DNA from: Tubulanus polymorphus | Taxonomy: Eukaryota; Animalia; Nemertea | Assembly: GCF_964204645.1 (NCBI RefSeq) | Contig: NC_134036.1 | Coordinates: 3,224,001 to 3,288,000 of the forward strand | Length of the DNA: 64,000 nt | Direction of reading: 5' to 3' | Shown: positions 61,290 to 64,000 of the stretch, piece by piece | Numbering within the stretch: the stretch's first letter is position 1 | Layout: each line of letters begins with the position of its first letter | Translations under genes and position numbers: made by a program | The notes under the pieces: model-generated | Seen by the model: the letters and a program-made list of their open reading frames with translations, nothing else | Told to the model about the DNA's origin: nothing | Database searches by the model: none

Positions 61290-63397
61290 ATGGTGAGTTT
61301 TGCTAAGTGTAAATTTCCGTCTTTCCTCGTTGAAATGCTCGTTTTTCGTTCGGTTTATCGCGTGTATTTCAACATCAGCCTTTCGAGTGATTTTATTTTC
61401 ATGTTTCAGGCGCGGTTTTTCAGTCAGAAAGATATCGATGGTAAGTTTAAATCGGGTATAGAGTGTTCGTAGAATTCACTTCCGGGTTTGGTTTCCGGGT
61501 TTCTCTGTCAGGACAGAATGACATTCTTGAAAAACATTACTTCTTGATACTGGATCCACCACAGGGATTTATCACAATTGTCAATTGATTTTAAATGAAT
61601 AAAACCAGTATCTATGAACAACTCCAGTATCCCTTTTTTTATAATACAGGGATACTGGGAGTTGGTTATTGATACTGGTTTTATTCATTTACTATCAATT
61701 GTAACAAGTCCCTGTGAGATCCACAAAACCACAGGGGCGCGTATCAGAGTTGTAGATTAATGCAAAAACGATAATCTGTTAATCCAATGTCTATGATGTA
61801 TGTTATTTTATATAACACTATGTGTAACTTTTAGTGAATTTTTGTTTTTTGCAGAATTCAAAGAATGTTTTTTCCTGTACGCTCGTCGCGGGTATGTGGT
61901 GGACGATGCCGAGTTGTCGCTGATAACGCGTTCGCTAGGATTCAGCGTCACTGCTGAGGAAACCGAGAGATACTACACAAAATATAGCAAAGGTCAGCGA
62001 TAAGGACAAGACATAGAATTAGAAAGCCCTGAAAAACCTGCATTATGAAGTTAAGATTGACAGAGGATTTTAATGTTTGGGATTTTATTGAGCTGAAACG
62101 TCAAAATCTTCCATTGGTACTGTCGAGATTTTTTTCTTCAATTGAATTAGATAGTTACTTATCCTCGGAAAACTAACTTCTCTTAACCATTTACATTTTA
62201 GAGGCTTTCTAGAATAATCTGATTTTGTGAATGGAAAGATGACTAGTTGAACAGACGGATGACTTTTAGTTGAAAGTGTCATTCGAACTGTACCATGCGC
62301 TGATCTATTTCTCATTCGAATACAGAATGTTTATAGAATTATTAGTTTTTTTTAGTTCTTTCTTCACAACAAAATGTATCCTTCCGTTATCATCTAGATT
62401 CAGAATACAGGACGCTTTTGAAAAAAGATCTTTATATGATAGCCATACTTCCTCGAATTGCTTTAATATTTGCTTCGAATTCTCCGTAAAATTTCAGACG
62501 GTAAAATTGACTTCGCCACATTCCTCGAACTGCTGTACGAACACTCGAAAATTGAGAGCGCCGAGAAAGAGATCGTAGCCGCGTTCGAAGCGACGGACAC
62601 CGCCAAACGCGGATACGTGACGTCATCCGAGTTCAGACATATACTCACCAGTTTCGGAGAAAAACTGACCAAAAAAGAAGGTACATTTTTTCGAAGCAAA
62701 TTAAAACGAGTTGTAGATGAGTGTGTTGGGATCAATTGTTTAGGAGTTGGTAAAAAATACCAGATGGATAAACACCGCATTAACAATGAACTTTTCACTA
62801 CAGTCAACCCCAGACATACCGCCCTCCCATATACCGCCACCTCCGCTTACCACCAGGTTTTCTCAATGTACATCTTTATACAAATCCAGTCAAACACCCC
62901 CCTCCCATATACCGCCATACTCTAAACCGCCAAAATGGTTGTGGGCGGTATATCGGGGGTTTACTGTATGTCAACTATCCAATGGTGAACCCACTTTAAA
63001 CCATAGCAATAAAGTTTTCATTGTCTCTATGCGTCAACTATCTACTAGCCAACTCTTACCAACTGCAGCCCCTGTTGTCGAAGACTAGTAGAAACTGTGT
63101 AGGTTTAAACTAGATTTTATTAGAAATCAAGCTACTAGTAGTGAAGGGTAGTAAAAAAATTACGACTGCAGAGTTAAAAGCTTGGGGTTTTATGCTGAAT
63201 GGTGGGGCATTTTTACGAATAAGATGAGGAATTTGAGAAGTTTGGTAAATGAAATGCCGGCCTCAAAATAATGTTGTTCACATTTTTTTTTTGTTGCAGT
63301 CGACTCGATGCTGAAAGAAGCCGGAGTGCCACCTGGCGGCAAAGTGAAGTACATAGATCTGATAAAGACAATGATGACCCCGGTGCCGGATTATTAA
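61290..63397 (+). CDS. CALML4: Calmodulin-like protein 4; exons 61290-61292, 61410-61440, 61855-61992, 62498-62680, 63300-63397
   Basis: ATG-only first exon, typical of the calmodulin family. The product reads MARFFSQKDIDEFKECFFLYA...DGKIDFATFLELLY...FGEKLTKKEVDSMLKEA...TPVPDY, with CALML4-type N- and C-termini. Confidence 0.88.
62801..62966. mobile_element. Tc1/mariner-type MITE with TA target-site duplication
   Basis: ta|cagtcaacccc ... gggggtttactg|ta. Confidence 0.7.
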
Positions 63398-64000
63398 ACT
63401 CAACGAATGAATCGTCGGCTGAGACGAACTGCTGTTATTTAAATGGTCGAAAAATATTTAAAGATTGTTTATTTTGCAGTATTTGATACAGTTCTGCTTT
63501 AAACAACAAACTACTACACTAATATACTGATCGTTGTAAAAATGCTGAAAATATTTACTATAAAACCCTCCAGAAAAAAATTGCTGTCTCGCCGAAAACA
63601 AAAGGGATATGATCCAGCGAAGTTTGATTGAAGATTCTATTTACTATCATGTCAAGCTAAAGTAATTTAATGCGATTCAGCCTTTAATGAATGGATGATC
63701 GATATTTTATTGTGAATCGAATCAGGATTAAGTAAGACTTACCGAAAAGACGATTATACGTTTGTTGTTCGTTCGAAAGTCTGAAATTTCGTTGAGTCAT
63801 TTTTAAGCGCGCGCTGAAATGAACCATATGCAAACCATACGTGAAAGTACCGTCCTAAATTATCATCATTGTCCATACAAATTTTCCAAATACGCTGTTG
63901 AAGGTTCGAAATCTTCAATAGCTAATCATATTAAATATTCTATTTTGAAATATATATTTCTCACTTGAAATGATCTTTAAACTTTGAAATGTATTTCTCG

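Overview
Intron-rich, AT-rich animal genomic DNA (a bilaterian invertebrate; the species cannot be determined from this window). Splicing exons by hand gives eight complete genes and one partial gene: a partial secreted-protein gene (-), an inhibitory Smad6/7 (-, about 15 kb), MIC13/QIL1 (-, missed by the ORF track), a ~2220-aa multi-C2H2 zinc-finger protein (-), an NTPDase5/6 with an intronless CDS (+), PRPF3 (-) head-to-head with LSM7 (+), SLC25A42 (-) and CALML4 (+). Introns contain Harbinger-type and Tc1/mariner-type MITEs, a tRNA-derived SINE and minisatellites. The most unusual signals are: (1) a ~220-bp imperfect inverted repeat at 27.45-28.23 kb whose mismatches strongly favour G:U pairs in the minus-strand RNA, suggesting a selected long-hairpin (hpRNA/endo-siRNA-like) locus; (2) two back-to-back minimal Penelope-type hammerhead ribozymes in the last PRPF3 intron; (3) an I-Smad with no visible PPxY motif, a 126-codon non-AUG in-frame leader and several bipartite Smad-response elements. 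All exon calls, alignments and counts were made by eye.
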